A stretch of 64,000 nt of DNA from Azolla caroliniana. Taxonomy: Eukaryota > Plantae > Polypodiophyta. Each line of letters starts with the position of its first letter. Within the stretch, counting starts at the first letter, position 1. The position numbers and the translations under genes were made by a program. The DNA lies in NCBI GenBank assembly GCA_043228905.1, contig JBHGNT010000011.1:10974001-11038000 (forward strand), in the 5' to 3' direction. Below, piece after piece: positions 11,552 through 23,169 of this stretch. The notes below the pieces were generated by a model. It did not search any database. It was not told the DNA's origin and saw nothing but the letters and a program-made list of their open reading frames with translations.

Positions 11552-14498
11552 ACGTAGTTCGGTCTGCCCATAGCGCGTAAGGCAGAAGCCGCGGCCTACT
11601 CCAGACTTGCTCTCCGATGCCCGCACCAACGCTTTTACGATCGGCCCGTGCCGGCGCTCCACCTTCCCGTTAGCCTCCGGGCTGTACGCCGTAGTGAGGG
11701 AGAGCTTAACCTCTAGTCGTCCAAACAACTCTTTTGCTTCATGTGCATCCAGCTCTCCCTGGTCAGCCATGATCTTCCCTACACACCCATACCGACATAC
11801 CACATCTTCGATCAGGAACTGGCACACAACCGCAATTGTCTTGTTCGGCATTGCATGGCCCTCCACCTGATTCGTCAGGTCCTCTCATGTAAGCACCAGG
11901 TACCGCATTTGCCCTACCCCCATCGACATCGTCACTAAGTCCACCATCCACTTGATATGGATGGTCGACGGGTAGGTCGGGTGCAGCTCATCTCGATGTC
12001 AGATCGCAGAGTGCATTTGGCAGCTCTCGCATGTTGTTACGAACTGATGCACGTCCCGGTACAGCCCTAACCACCAATATTTCTCCTTTAGTTTTTTGAA
12101 TGTGGCCCATGTCCCGCGGTGCCCGGCCCAAGGACTCTTGTGATACGCCGTCAGCAACACATCTTGCTCTTCCTTCCTTGCCACCATCCGGAGCAGAATG
12201 CCGCATCTCTTTTTCGGGAGCTTCTATATGTCCCCGTCTCGTAGGAAGAATCAGTATGACTTCTTCCGGATCCGGTTAGCCTCTTCCTTCGTCCACGATG
12301 CGTCTAGCGCCAACGTCCTCAAGAACTTGCCGATCTGGAGCCACTCCCCGTCGTACTCGCCCTCGTTGAACTCGTTAAGCACCGGAGTGCTCCTTGCCCT
12401 CGTTGTCACATAAGCCGACTCGAAGAAGTCCATGCCGACTCGAAGAAGTCCATGCCGACTGCTTCGTCTTTCGAAACCATGTCGTCCTCATCATCATACC
12501 TTGCTCTAGAAAGCATGTCGGCCATGGTGTTGTCTTTCCCGGAAATGTGCCGTATTTCCGGATTCAGGAACTTGATGTATGCGATCCACCTAAGCATCGC
12601 CAGGTCCGGCGTCGCGCATCCGGAAACCATACCAAGGATCGGTAGGCAGTCCGTCTCAATTATCACCTCCATCCCGATCAAGTAGTCTTTGTCGGCCTTG
12701 ACTCCCGAAATGATACCCCAGAGTTCGAGTTTAACTTGGGCGTATCCTCGCTGTCACTCACTCCGCACCTTCGCTTTGAACCGGATGGGGAACCTCATGC
12801 CGATTTCATCCTCTTGGTTGACCACCCATCCTATCCCGTTCGGGCTCGTGTCTACCGTAATGTAGATCTGGACGTCCTTGCCGTAAACCGCTTTCCGGAG
12901 TGCCGGTGCCGCGGTTAGTGCCTCCTCCAGTCTACGAACCGACTCCGCATGCTCCTTGCCCCACTTGAATTTACGCCCCTTCTTCAACAACCCATAGAGT
13001 GGCTCCACGACGTGTGCGTAATGCGGAATCCAGATATGGTAGAACACACACGCACCCAAGAACCTCCGCACCTCCGTAACCGACTTGCATTCTTCCTTCA
13101 TTACGGAGATGGCGTCTATCTTCGCGGGAGACGGTGTCCGGCCGTAAGGCCTGCACAAGTGTCCGACCACTAGGATCTCCGGCTGCCCGAAAGGCGACTT
13201 CTCTCCGGAGAAGGTGAGCCGCACATCCTCTAGCCTTTCCAGCACCTTCTCGCAGTCGCCGATGTGGTCCACTACGAATCTTCGGCATCCGTCCAGCCCA
13301 ACCATTTCGTCCTTCTCTCCACCGGACACCCTTTTATCGGGATGTCGTTGAAGAATGGCATGGTGATGTCCGGGATGCAGTCCCTCAACACCTTGTTCAT
13401 TGTGTTCACCATGTGCGCCACCGAGTTGGTCCCTCCTTGTGGCAGGGTCCACATCCGCACTAGGCTGAGAGGGGTCCGCATCGTCGTGATATCCCTGCTC
13501 TCCACGGCTAGTTGGAACTGATTGTACCCCGAGTACATCTCATCAATCGAATAGATTGACCTTCCAGTGAAGGCCTCCGCGAACTCACCAATGGTCGGTC
13601 CGACACCTGCGTTCCAAATGGTCACCTTGTTTACCGACTGTAGGTCCTGAATAAAGCGCAACGTGCTGTTCTTCTTCAGCACAGTAAACCACCGGTTCGA
13701 ATATGGGGCACTCGACGGCTCGAGGATGCCCATCTCTACCTTCTGCTTCAATAGCTTCATCAACTTTGGAATGTGGGCTCTAGGTACTGGAATCGGCTTG
13801 AGATTCCACGACACATGCGGCACCGTGAAGATCACCATTGGTTCCACAATCATAGGGTCTATGCACTCGATCTCCCCTGGCATGAATGCGAAGGCGTTCC
13901 CATGCCTTCCGAGCATTCTCCGAAACCTCTCCTCTTCCATCGGTAGTAGGAAGCCACCCCCACTGACCTTGAGCTCCCGTAATGTTATGTCGGTGAACCG
14001 GTGTCCTATGACGGACGGATTCCGTAAACTTGGGTCCAACGTGACCCCTTTTCTCAACTCCCCGTTGCCCTTCGGCAAGGGAGCCGCGATTGGCCTCACC
14101 TTCTGGTCCACAGTCTTGTATTTTGTGTATACGCAGGCCGTCTGATCTGACCTGACCCTTCTCCCGACGTTGGCAATGACTTCGTACATCTCCACCGAGT
14201 TGACCGGAATTACTCGGTCTTCACTGAGGCCTTCATCGATCACCTTTCCCATTTCCCCCAAGGTGTTGTCGAAAGAGACTACCTCCACGATGCTATTGAT
14301 TTCATCATCGGGCCGGAGGACTCCGTACTCTTTGAAACCTTTCTCGGCCCTCTTCTTCTCCCGGCCACCGACGTCGGCTATTGTACAACCTCCGTTGTCA
14401 GAGACCCAAAACTTCCTACCTATAGTACACTTGTGGGGTTCTGTCGGAGTGCTCGGACTATCACGGCCCCACGCCTTGATAGCCCTCTCTAAAAATCC
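11552..14498 (-). pseudogene. pol: Element B pol (RT-RNase H-integrase), disrupted
   Basis: GILEPSSAPYSNRWF, LPQGGTNSV, FFNDIPIKG (mutated YxDD), TVDTSPNGIGWV, IETDCLPI, HHCC zinc finger and D-D-E core (ADQGEL...NGKVERRH). Confidence 0.9.
14433..14498 (-). promoter_or_regulatory. Putative -1 ribosomal frameshift signal (G_GAU_UUU + H-type pseudoknot) in B
   Basis: Heptamer directly before the protease stop; stems GGGCUAUCA/UGAUAGUCC and GUGGGG/CCCCAC. The -1 frame is open into RT ORF 13272-14288. Confidence 0.85.
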
Positions 14499-15285
14499 CC
14501 TCGACTATCGCCGCCGAGGGTCTCGCGGTTACGCTCATGGTTCGGTCGCATTGTTATAAATTGGACGGAGTGTCGCCCATCTTGGCTTTTCACGCGTGCG
14601 TACGCCGAACCGTTATCCAACACCTTTGTCTCCATGTGTGCCGCCGTAATGTACGGTTCGCTGAGTATCACCGGGTGCGAGGATGTCTCCTGCACGAAGA
14701 AGTGTTGATCAATCTTGACATCGCCGATTTTCGCGCGTACATTCGGGCAAGCCCCGTGCAGCTTCTCCGTGGCTAGTGTTGCCGCGCGTATCTTCCACCC
14801 GTGCTTGATGTTGATCGGCCACTTCCCCTTTTTATAGAAGTCCATAGACATCATGTTGATCTCCGACCCGTGGTTGATCAACGCCACTACCGGCTCCTGA
14901 ATGTCCCTGACCCGGATGAGGGTTTCCGTAGTAGCCCTTGCCCAGTGCAACTTCGAATAGTGGCTCTCTGCCAACTTGTCTTCCAGGGTCACGTCCTCCA
15001 GGTGCGTTGTTCGCACCTCCACCGGCTTCTCCGGCTCCGTCTCCGGTTCCGTCGAGAGCCGCTTATGCTTCACCGAGTCCACAATGAAATCATGGAACTC
15101 CTTCTGGGTGATCTCGAGCACCTCCCTAAACGACCACTCCACCTTGCTGTCGAGAATCTGCTCCTCGAGGACCTTCCACAGGTTTGTCGACCTCTCAATC
15201 TCCGTGCTCAGCCAATAACTGGTCCGCTTCGTTTTATCCAGTGCGCCGGGGTTACCGGCATCATTTTGCTTTTGCCCGAACCAGG
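14489..15285 (-). pseudogene. Element B gag C-terminus and protease (continues at 18148-18640; capsid region deleted)
   Basis: VALINHGSEINMMS (mutated DHGS) ... HPVILSEPY; homologous to E 15419-16100. Confidence 0.85.
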
Positions 15286-15364
15286 TCTTGTACCACTGCC
15301 GTGTACGTAGATGCCCCATCCGGACTGATTTGTACTTGTTTTGCTCCGAGAGTTTTCTTCCTGT

Positions 15365-15428
15365 GTGGGGTATCAGGGCTTCTCGGACTATCACTTCCCC
15401 ACTCCGCAACAGTCCGCTCTAAAAATCC
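15365..15428 (-). promoter_or_regulatory. Putative -1 frameshift signal in E
   Basis: G_GAU_UUU_UAG followed by stems GGACUGUUGC/GUGAUAGUCC and GUGGGG/CCCCAC. Confidence 0.82.
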
Positions 15429-17458
15429 ATCCTTGTTTGGGATAAGAGCTCTCTCTTGTTCCTTTCATGATTTGCCGGCACAGTTAGGAATTGGACGGAT
15501 TTTCCTCCGCTTTGGCTTTGAATTCGTGCGAAAGCTGCACCACTATCGAGCACCTTTGTCTCCATCCGTGAAGCCGTGATAAAGGGTTGCCTGAGGATCA
15601 CAGAGTGTGAGACCTCATCTTGTACGAAGAAATTTTGGTCGATCTTGACATCCCCGATCTTCACTGTCACATCCGGACAAGCCGCAAATAGATCTTCCGT
15701 TGCTTTAGTGGCTGCACGGATCTTCCATCCATGATTGGTGTTAATAGGCCACTTCCCCTTCTGGTAGAACTCCTTAGATATCAAATTGATCTCATGTCCG
15801 TGATCAATCAATGCTAGCATGGGCTCTTTGATGTTGCCGATTCGGACCGAAGTCTCGGTAGTTGCACGCGCCTAGTGTGGCTTTGTATAGTGGGAATTCA
15901 GAATCTCATCCTCCACTTCGGTGTCGTTCATCAGAACAATATTTGCATTCACCATCGGCACATTTTCCTCCATACTTTGTCTTTTTCTCTTCATGAGATC
16001 CACAAGAAGATCGTGGAACTCCTTCGCTATTCCGAGTAATTCCCGAAGCGAAAATTCTACCCAGCTATCGAGGATTCTCTCTTCGAACACCTTTTTCAAG
16101 TTCATTTGTGGTTCAATGTCCAAGGCGAGCTTGAATGCCGGAATCGTCTTTTTTTTTCCCTTCCCTCTGGAGTTCCAGCTTTCCGGTGTCTTTGATGGTT
16201 CGGCCGCATCATCCGTGCGCCGTCGTTTTTCATCCACATACAGTTCATGCAATTGACATAGCGCATGTACGCTATTCTTATCTACGGGGTACTCCCATCC
16301 CGTAGCTTCCCGGATACATTCCGCGGCGCTTCGGATTTCATCATGGTCGGCTTTCTTCGAAATTTCTAACACTTCTGGCCAAAAAGACGCCTTTGCTACA
16401 GATGACTCCCCCACACGTATTCCCGCGGTTATCGCATAGTTGTCTTTCGCCGCGATCACCTCCTCTAGGACCTTCTTCATGCCGCCTTTCTGAAAGTTCG
16501 GTCGAAGTGGCTTCCGAGAATCCATCGAATGAATCTGATTTCCCTCGTAGTAGATAAGATCCCGTCTTAGCGCCTCCTTGTGCTCGTCGCAATCTCTCCG
16601 ATCATGTTCGGTGCTATCGCACCATATGCATCGACGGTCCATGTACTTGGAACTTGTGGGACGGTCTTCCGTCTTCTTCACCATCGCGATTTTCAGATTC
16701 TCCATCTCCTTCAGCAATTGCTCCACTGTGGTTGTGTCGATTCCCTTCTCAGTCGTAGTCTCCCGAACCCGCGGTTGATGGTCTTCCGATCCGGATCTTG
16801 GTTTTGGAATCGGTTCCGAAACCCTCTTTTCTTCGTTGGCAAGCCATTGCCCCCTCTTTGTGTATCGCGCGACGATATCCCGCACGCTTTCCCATGTTTC
16901 GGTGAGGCCACTCTCAGTAGTCGTGTCCTCTAGAAGCACTCCAAGATCCTTCCGGTCCCAGATGTCTACGGCTCGTGAGAACATGATAACTTTGTCCGGT
17001 GCGAGGATAGCTTGATCTCTCGCAGACAACCTTCCAAACTGACTTTTGAATGCCGAAAACACATCGAGGACCTTCATCCCCTTCTTCGGCGTTTCCACCC
17101 AATCCTCGAATCCTCTCTGCGTTGCCTTGGAGGAGTCCTCGATAGCGAACGTGGTCTTGAGTGCCTCTTCAAACGCTTCCCACGTCGAGTTTTGTTGTTG
17201 TAGCCCGTGGATACTTGCTTGAAGCCCGTCGGTAGCCACCCGGTTGAAGGATGTCACTTGCAGTCCTTCCGAAATCCCGAACCGTATCATTTCCGCCTTG
17301 TAGTCCTGAAGATAACGTGATACGTCCTTTCCGTTGAATTGCCCGATCCGTTAGACGAGCCGCTCTACTGCTGCCTCTATCTCCGACATCGCACGTTGTT
17401 CTTGAAGCATCCGCACGAACATCATCATCATGTTGTTAGCCTCCGGTTGATTTTCCAT
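15419..17458 (-). pseudogene. gag: Element E gag-protease
   Basis: ORFs 15872-17290 (CIWCDSTEHDRRDC knuckle) and 15419-15820 (ALIDHGHEINLIS). Confidence 0.88.
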
Positions 17459-17981
17459 CTCCTTGCCACCCATGTTCATGTCGGGTTCACCAATTGTGTT
17501 GTGCCTTTCGGCTCCGGATCGTTGCATGAGTCGGGTGGGAACCACTGAGGTTTTGGACTAGGAGAAAAGAAAATTCTAAGGCAATGAAGAATATGAAATA
17601 TGTTGTAAGAAAGAAAGATATGAAAAACTTGTGAATCCCATGAGTATAGTATATTAGTGAGTACTCAGATTAAGAGAGAAAAATAGTTAGCAAATTCGTG
17701 AATCCCACGATTATATTATATTAATCCACCCTTGTAAAATAAGCAACAACCACTATATATCTCCCTTATATATATATAGTGTTGGAAGAGTCTAAGTTTA
17801 TCACATGCAAGCATCATGCTTTTCCTAACTTTAGTTTTCATGCACACTGCATGTGCATATTAGCTTTCTATCCCATCTTTTTCTTTTTTTTACTCGAATG
17901 TGTATGCATGAATAACTTTTTGTACCATGCATATCTAGAATATTTACATGGGATAAAGTTTAGTATAACTTTAAAATTCAT

Positions 17982-18055
17982 AATATGCTAATATAGTGGT
18001 AAGGTTGGGCTTTGTCTACGTGGAGGTAAAGGGTTCGAACCCTGCCCTATGCACG
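17982..18055 (+). promoter_or_regulatory. tRNA-like Pol III A/B-box cassette in E LTR (antisense to element)
   Basis: TAATATAGTGG at 17989 and GGTTCGAACCC at 18032, 43 nt apart; a GC-richer island in an AT-rich LTR. Confidence 0.62.
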
Positions 18056-18682
18056 TAATAAATATTTTTAATATTTTATTTTATTTATTATACGTACTTT
18101 AAATTAGATATAGTATTTTACATATTTCACGTAGTGTGTGATTCACACTAGGACACCGCTGTGAGGGCCCGGCCGGCACCTCCGGCCTTTCCCGCACGCT
18201 TGTCTTCTACTAGAACCTCGTAGTTTTGGCACGCGACTTCCACGAAACCGTTCTTCTCCTCAACCGGATCGTCCCATCCAGTGACCTCCCGGACCCGTTG
18301 CTCTGCGCGGTCCGCTTCTTCCCTCTTCAATCGTGCGCCGGAGAGGCTTTCTAGCACCAAGGGCCAGAAGCCAAAGTCTTTCGTTTTCTGGTCTTCATTA
18401 CCTCCTACTCGGATTCTAGCCGATGCCGAATAATGGACGGCCTCCGCTTCTTCCATTAACCGCTTCATCCCACCGTGCCCGAAATTTGCCTCCATGGCTC
18501 TCCGGGTATCACTAGCTTGCACCCGTCCGTTCCACAGGTACACCACATTACCCCTGAGGGCTTTGGCAAACTCCACGCAGTCTCACTATCCGATCGACTA
18601 CTGCCACCATGGCTTCGACGAGCTCCGATCCCCTCATCCTTGACTGCTCTACCACCTTGTTTCACGTCGGGTTCACCAAGTA

Positions 18683-19248
18683 TGTCGGGTTGTTTCGCTT
18701 TCGCGTGGGAAATAAGGCGGGACCACGGGGGCCCTGAACCGAGGAGCAAGAGAAAGAAGAGGAAGGGAGACTCACAAAAACACAAACAGACAAAAAACAA
18801 ACCAGGAGAACCAATTACAATATCAGTAATGATTACAATGCTTGCAAGATTACAATTGGCTAACCGGCGACAGTCCTAACCCAGACAATCGCACACCCAC
18901 GCACACACGCAGTAGAGCCTTGTCGGAAGGCACACGACTCTCCTCGAAGCAGAGGCAACCAACTTAGAACCTGCAGAGAACAACGAAAGAGGAGGAGAGA
19001 GCTCGGTTCCCAGTCTGACAACACCTCGTCCTTGTCAAAAACGTGATTCCTTCTCAGTCTTCTTCCCTTCCCTTTTATAGGCCGCCGGGGAGGGACTGTT
19101 ACACCCTAGTCACATCACTTTATTCTCTGTCCCTTCGGACAAAGATACGCATCGATTTCCTAGACAATAAATCTTTCCTACCTAGTATATTTACATCAGC
19201 CGACCTATCCCCAATTATGTACTCATCAATACTTGTGCCCGCACGTGA
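18683..19248 (-). repeat. Element B 5' LTR (U3 end truncated)
   Basis: Matches 2548-3111; adjacent to the PBS. Confidence 0.9.
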
Positions 19249-19252
19249 ACGC

Positions 19253-22070
19253 ACCGCTCACATCCTAGGCGAAGCATGCGACGGACCGGTGAGAGTTAAA
19301 GAAATCAATCTCGGAAATGGGGTGAACCCCAAACCAGTGTTCATCGCCTCAGATCTCTAGTCAGACGAGGAGACGTCCTTGATCGCCCTCCTCACAGAAT
19401 TTAGTGACGTGCTCGCATGGTCGTATGTAGAGATGAAAGGTGCCCCAACCGAAGTTGTCACCCATAGCATCCCCATGCGGATCGACGCCCGCCCAATTCG
19501 GCAAAGAACGCGCCCAATGAACCCTAACTACACTCAACAAGTAAAACCCAAAATTAATAAAATGTTAGACGCAAGCATCATCTACCCGATCGAATGAACA
19601 ATTTGGGTCTCCCCGACCATAGTCGTCCCGAAGAAGAATGGCCAAATCCGCATATGTGTAGACTACCGCGAAGTCAACGACGCCATCATCAAGAACAATT
19701 ACCCGGTACCCTACATCGAGCACTTACTCGAAAGATTTGCGGGAGCAAAAGCCTATAGCTTCATCGATGGATTCTCAGGGTATAACCAAATCTTGGTGGT
19801 GCTAGAGGATCAACACAAGATGCCTTTGCCACCGAATTTGGTGCGTTTGTGTATAAGCAGATGCCCTTCAGACTGACAAATGCCCTGAACACCTATCAAA
19901 GGGCAGCGGACCACATCTTCGAGGCAAGGTTACGACAAGGGGTGGAGTCCTATGTCGACAATTTATGTTGCCATTCTAAATGGCATGACCACATGGCGCT
20001 ACTCCGCTTGATGTTCGAAAAGGGAAGGGACTATCAACTCTCCCTCAACCCCCTCAACTGCCAATTCTGGGTCAAACACAAACTCATATTAGGTCATGTT
20101 GGGCCCCGACATGGGATCTCGACCGATGAGGCAAAAATAAAGCTCATTCTTGACATGTCACCTCCCGCGAACGAGAAACAACTACAAGGGTTCATGAGGT
20201 ACATGGGTTACTATAGATGCTTCATTAAGATGTTCACAGACAAGGCAAGACCACTCTATGCTTTACTAAAACAGTACACCTGGACGGAAGAGTGCACCCG
20301 CTCATTCAAGCTCTTGAAGGAGTGCTCAACTAAGGCCCCATCCTCCAATCCTCAGACTGGAACAAAGAATTCCGCGTTCACACCATGCTTCCGCCTTCGC
20401 GATTGGTGCAGTGCTCGCTCAACCCGACGAAGGAGCACTCGACCTACTGATCACCTTTGCTAGTCGTCAATTGAACGCTATGGAATGAAATTACTCCATG
20501 ACGGAAGGAGAAGGTTTGGCCATGGTTTACAGCGTGAAAAAGTTCCGACATTACCTCTTGGCATCACGTTTCTCATTTTTTGTAGATAATCAAGCCCTCC
20601 TCTACTTGGTAAATAAAACTCACGCCACGAGACGCATATCACGATGGATCGTAACATTACTCGAGTTCGACTTCAAGGTGGTGGTGAGAAAAGGAAAAGA
20701 CCATGTACTCACTGATAATTTCTCACGAATACCAAACGGAGAAGAAGCCACTAGGGTCGATGACGAAACGCCAGATGCAGCATTATTCATGATCGACACC
20801 ATATCATCATGGGCATCAGACATCGTTCGTGTCTTAACCGAAGGAACGTCCTTCCTAAAACAACTAAGTTAGGCACATGCACGTGTCTTGTTAAGAAAAT
20901 GTGGCCCCTTCACAATGCTCAGAGGCAACTTGTATTGAAGAGGCAACAATGATGTACTTTGGAGGTGTGTAATGGACCATGATGTCGTCGCCGTCCTCGA
21001 ACAAGCTCATTGCGGAAGCGGAAGCAGTCATTTCAATCACGAGGTCACCGCACGCAAGATCCTCCAGTCCGGCCTATGGTGCCCAACACTATTCAAAGAC
21101 ACATATGGATATGTACGCCGATGTGATGAGTGCCAACATTTCAAACATCCGTGAAAAGTGGATTTCAACACATTAAACCCGGTAGTGGCTTGGCAACCGT
21201 TCGAGAAATGGGGTATCGACTTTATCGGCCCAATCAGCCTAGCTTCCAACCTCAATTGATACATAATCACTGCCACTGACTATGCTACCAAGTGGACGGA
21301 AGCTAAAGCTTGCGTTAATGCCGATGCACGTAGCACCGCCAAATTCCTATATGAAAATGTCATCACACGGTTTGGATGTCCGCTCGAGGTCATTGGCGAT
21401 CAAGGCTCCCATTTCCTCAACGAAGTGATAGCACATCTACTAGGAAAATTTATGGTGACACATTGCAAGAGCTCCCCTTATTACCCCTGGTGCAACGGAC
21501 AAGCGGAAAGCACTAATAAGGTGTTATGTGCAATGCTCACAAAGATAATCGCCGCTTCGCGGTCCGATTGGAGCACCAAACTCCAAGCGGCATTGTGGGC
21601 CTTCCGCACTTCCTACAAAGTAGCAACTTGCCACACACCATTCAAACTAGTATATGGACAAGAAGTGGTACTGCCCATCGAGTTCTTAGTCCCTAGCCTT
21701 AGGATAGACGTCCAAGAATGATGGGATGGGAACCCCCTCTCGTCACGCCTAAAGAACCTAGAATGGTTGACCGAAACTCGCCTCCTCGCATTCCAAGCAC
21801 TCTTGACAAAGAAAGCCAATAGAAAGGTGTGGCACGACAACAAAGTAAGAAATAAAGACCTATCTGAAGGGGACATGGCTCTCAAATTCGCCTCTCAACG
21901 ACACAAGAAGAAGCTCAAATTATGTGGCGAAGGCCCCTATGTGGTCTCAGAGTTTACCAAGACAGGAGCATGTCGAATACGCACTCTCGAAGGGCTCGAC
22001 ATCCCAAGATTCATCAATGGGAGCAAGCTCAAACGTTACTACGGACCCCTCACCCTCGAAGCCCTACTCA
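19253..22070 (+). pseudogene. pol: Element A pol (RT-RNase H-integrase)
   Basis: WVSP..VVPKKNG.IRICVDYR, MPFRLTNA, YVDNL, EGLAMVYSVKKFRHYLL, HHCC, PFEKWGIDFIGP, EGPY. Confidence 0.92.
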
Positions 22071-22580
22071 CGGCTCGAGAACGAGAAGTGGAAGCCAAAC
22101 TTAAGGCATCCGAAGGCCGAATGGCCCGACTAGAAACCGATCTTCGCAATGCGCAAGCGAAACTGAAAAGACAAGGGGACACCCACTCGGCAGCTATGGC
22201 TAAGGCGGTCAACGCTAATGACACGATGACGCACCTACCATGCTTCGCCGACAACGTTCCTTTAATGGCGGTAATCGACACCGGAGCATAACTAACCCTT
22301 TTCTCCTTTGAAACATGGGGATATCTAGGTTGCTCGGACCTCGAAGTATGCAATGGCAACTTCCGTGGCTTCGATGGTTCCACATCATGCTGCCTTGGAA
22401 CCTTCGTGTGTAACATCAAGACAGAATACAATGATTCACTCAATTCGAGTTTGGGTCCTCCCACCAAAAGCGTTGTACACCCCGTGCCTCCTCGGTTTGG
22501 ATTGGTGTCACATAAGCAAATGTTTCCTATGGCCAAGCAAGAACATCGTCTCCTTCCAAACTGCAAATGGGGTGAGGTCC
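22071..22580 (+). pseudogene. Coiled-coil linker plus second retropepsin-like aspartic protease downstream of A integrase
   Basis: In frame with INT: AVIDTGA*LTLFS...FRGFDGST..LG; after one frameshift IRVWVLP...PCLLGLDW (22488-22505). Confidence 0.8.
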
Positions 22581-22726
22581 AAGAAACTTGTTGCAACAAC
22601 ACTCAAATCACGTCCCACCGATCTTGACGAACTCTAGAGCTTGAAACCACCCAACCAAAAAGAACGCGGACAACCACCGGCCACCCAAGGCCAAAGAAAC
22701 GCTAACATCGGACCAAGGACACCTGC

Positions 22727-23169
22727 TATTCTAGATCTAAATACTAACGTAAGCTTAAGATAAGGATAAAGAAATGATAGATAGAAAGGAGAAAGAGAAA
22801 GAAGGGTGCCGATCCACCCGACCACCCCCGAGCGAAGGGATCGAGACGAACTCGAGCCTCGATCGGTGTCCCATACCACCGCCGTGGCGTCGAGTCGTAC
22901 CTGGTGCTGGCGCGCTCGCTACACCACAAGAGCAGAGTCTCGATGTAGTCAAAAGATGATCCAATGAGGGTAGTTAGGCCTCTTATTTATAGCGATACCC
23001 AAGGCCCCCAGGCAAGTTCACACTAGACCTAATGGGTTGTCTCAATCCCGAGGATTAAAAGTAATCCTCCCCTTCTTTACACTCTCGTTTAACCCTCACA
23101 CTTATCCACGTGTATAGAATACTACGGTAAATTCTTACCACGGGATATTATATGGTCATGCCCGTAACA
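22727..23169 (-). mobile_element. Solo LTR of family F
   Basis: Perfect TSD CCTGC (22722-22726 / 23170-23174); near-identical to 24131-24586. Confidence 0.93.

Larger units (their letters stand above)
15286..18147 (-). mobile_element. Element E: truncated Trp-primed gypsy (5' LTR, gag, protease)
   Basis: LTR ~17497-18147; PBS 17477-17492; flanks CCAGG 15281-15285 / CTAGG 18148-18152. pol and the 3' LTR are missing. Confidence 0.82.
2548..19248 (-). mobile_element. Element B: tRNA-Trp-primed Ty3/gypsy (Phygy-like), degenerate, host of C, D and E
   Basis: LTRs 2548-3169 and 18683-19248 (the latter lacks ~60 bp). Flanks (C)ACGC 2543-2547 / ACGC 19249-19252. PBS 18663-18678; G-rich PPT 3170-3197. 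Confidence 0.9.

Noticed and set aside
12413-12452. Small direct duplications (20 bp here, 45 bp at ~42236-42325, 136 bp at ~37671-37940)
   Set aside because: These are ordinary post-insertion slippage or repair lesions that disrupt pol.
14489-15820. Tandem protease duplication within one element
   Set aside because: It is explained by truncated element E nested in B (flanks CCAGG / CTAGG, own LTR and PBS).
17982-18055. Functional tRNA genes at the A/B-box cassettes
   Set aside because: Acceptor and anticodon stems do not close, so they are reported only as tRNA-like promoter modules.
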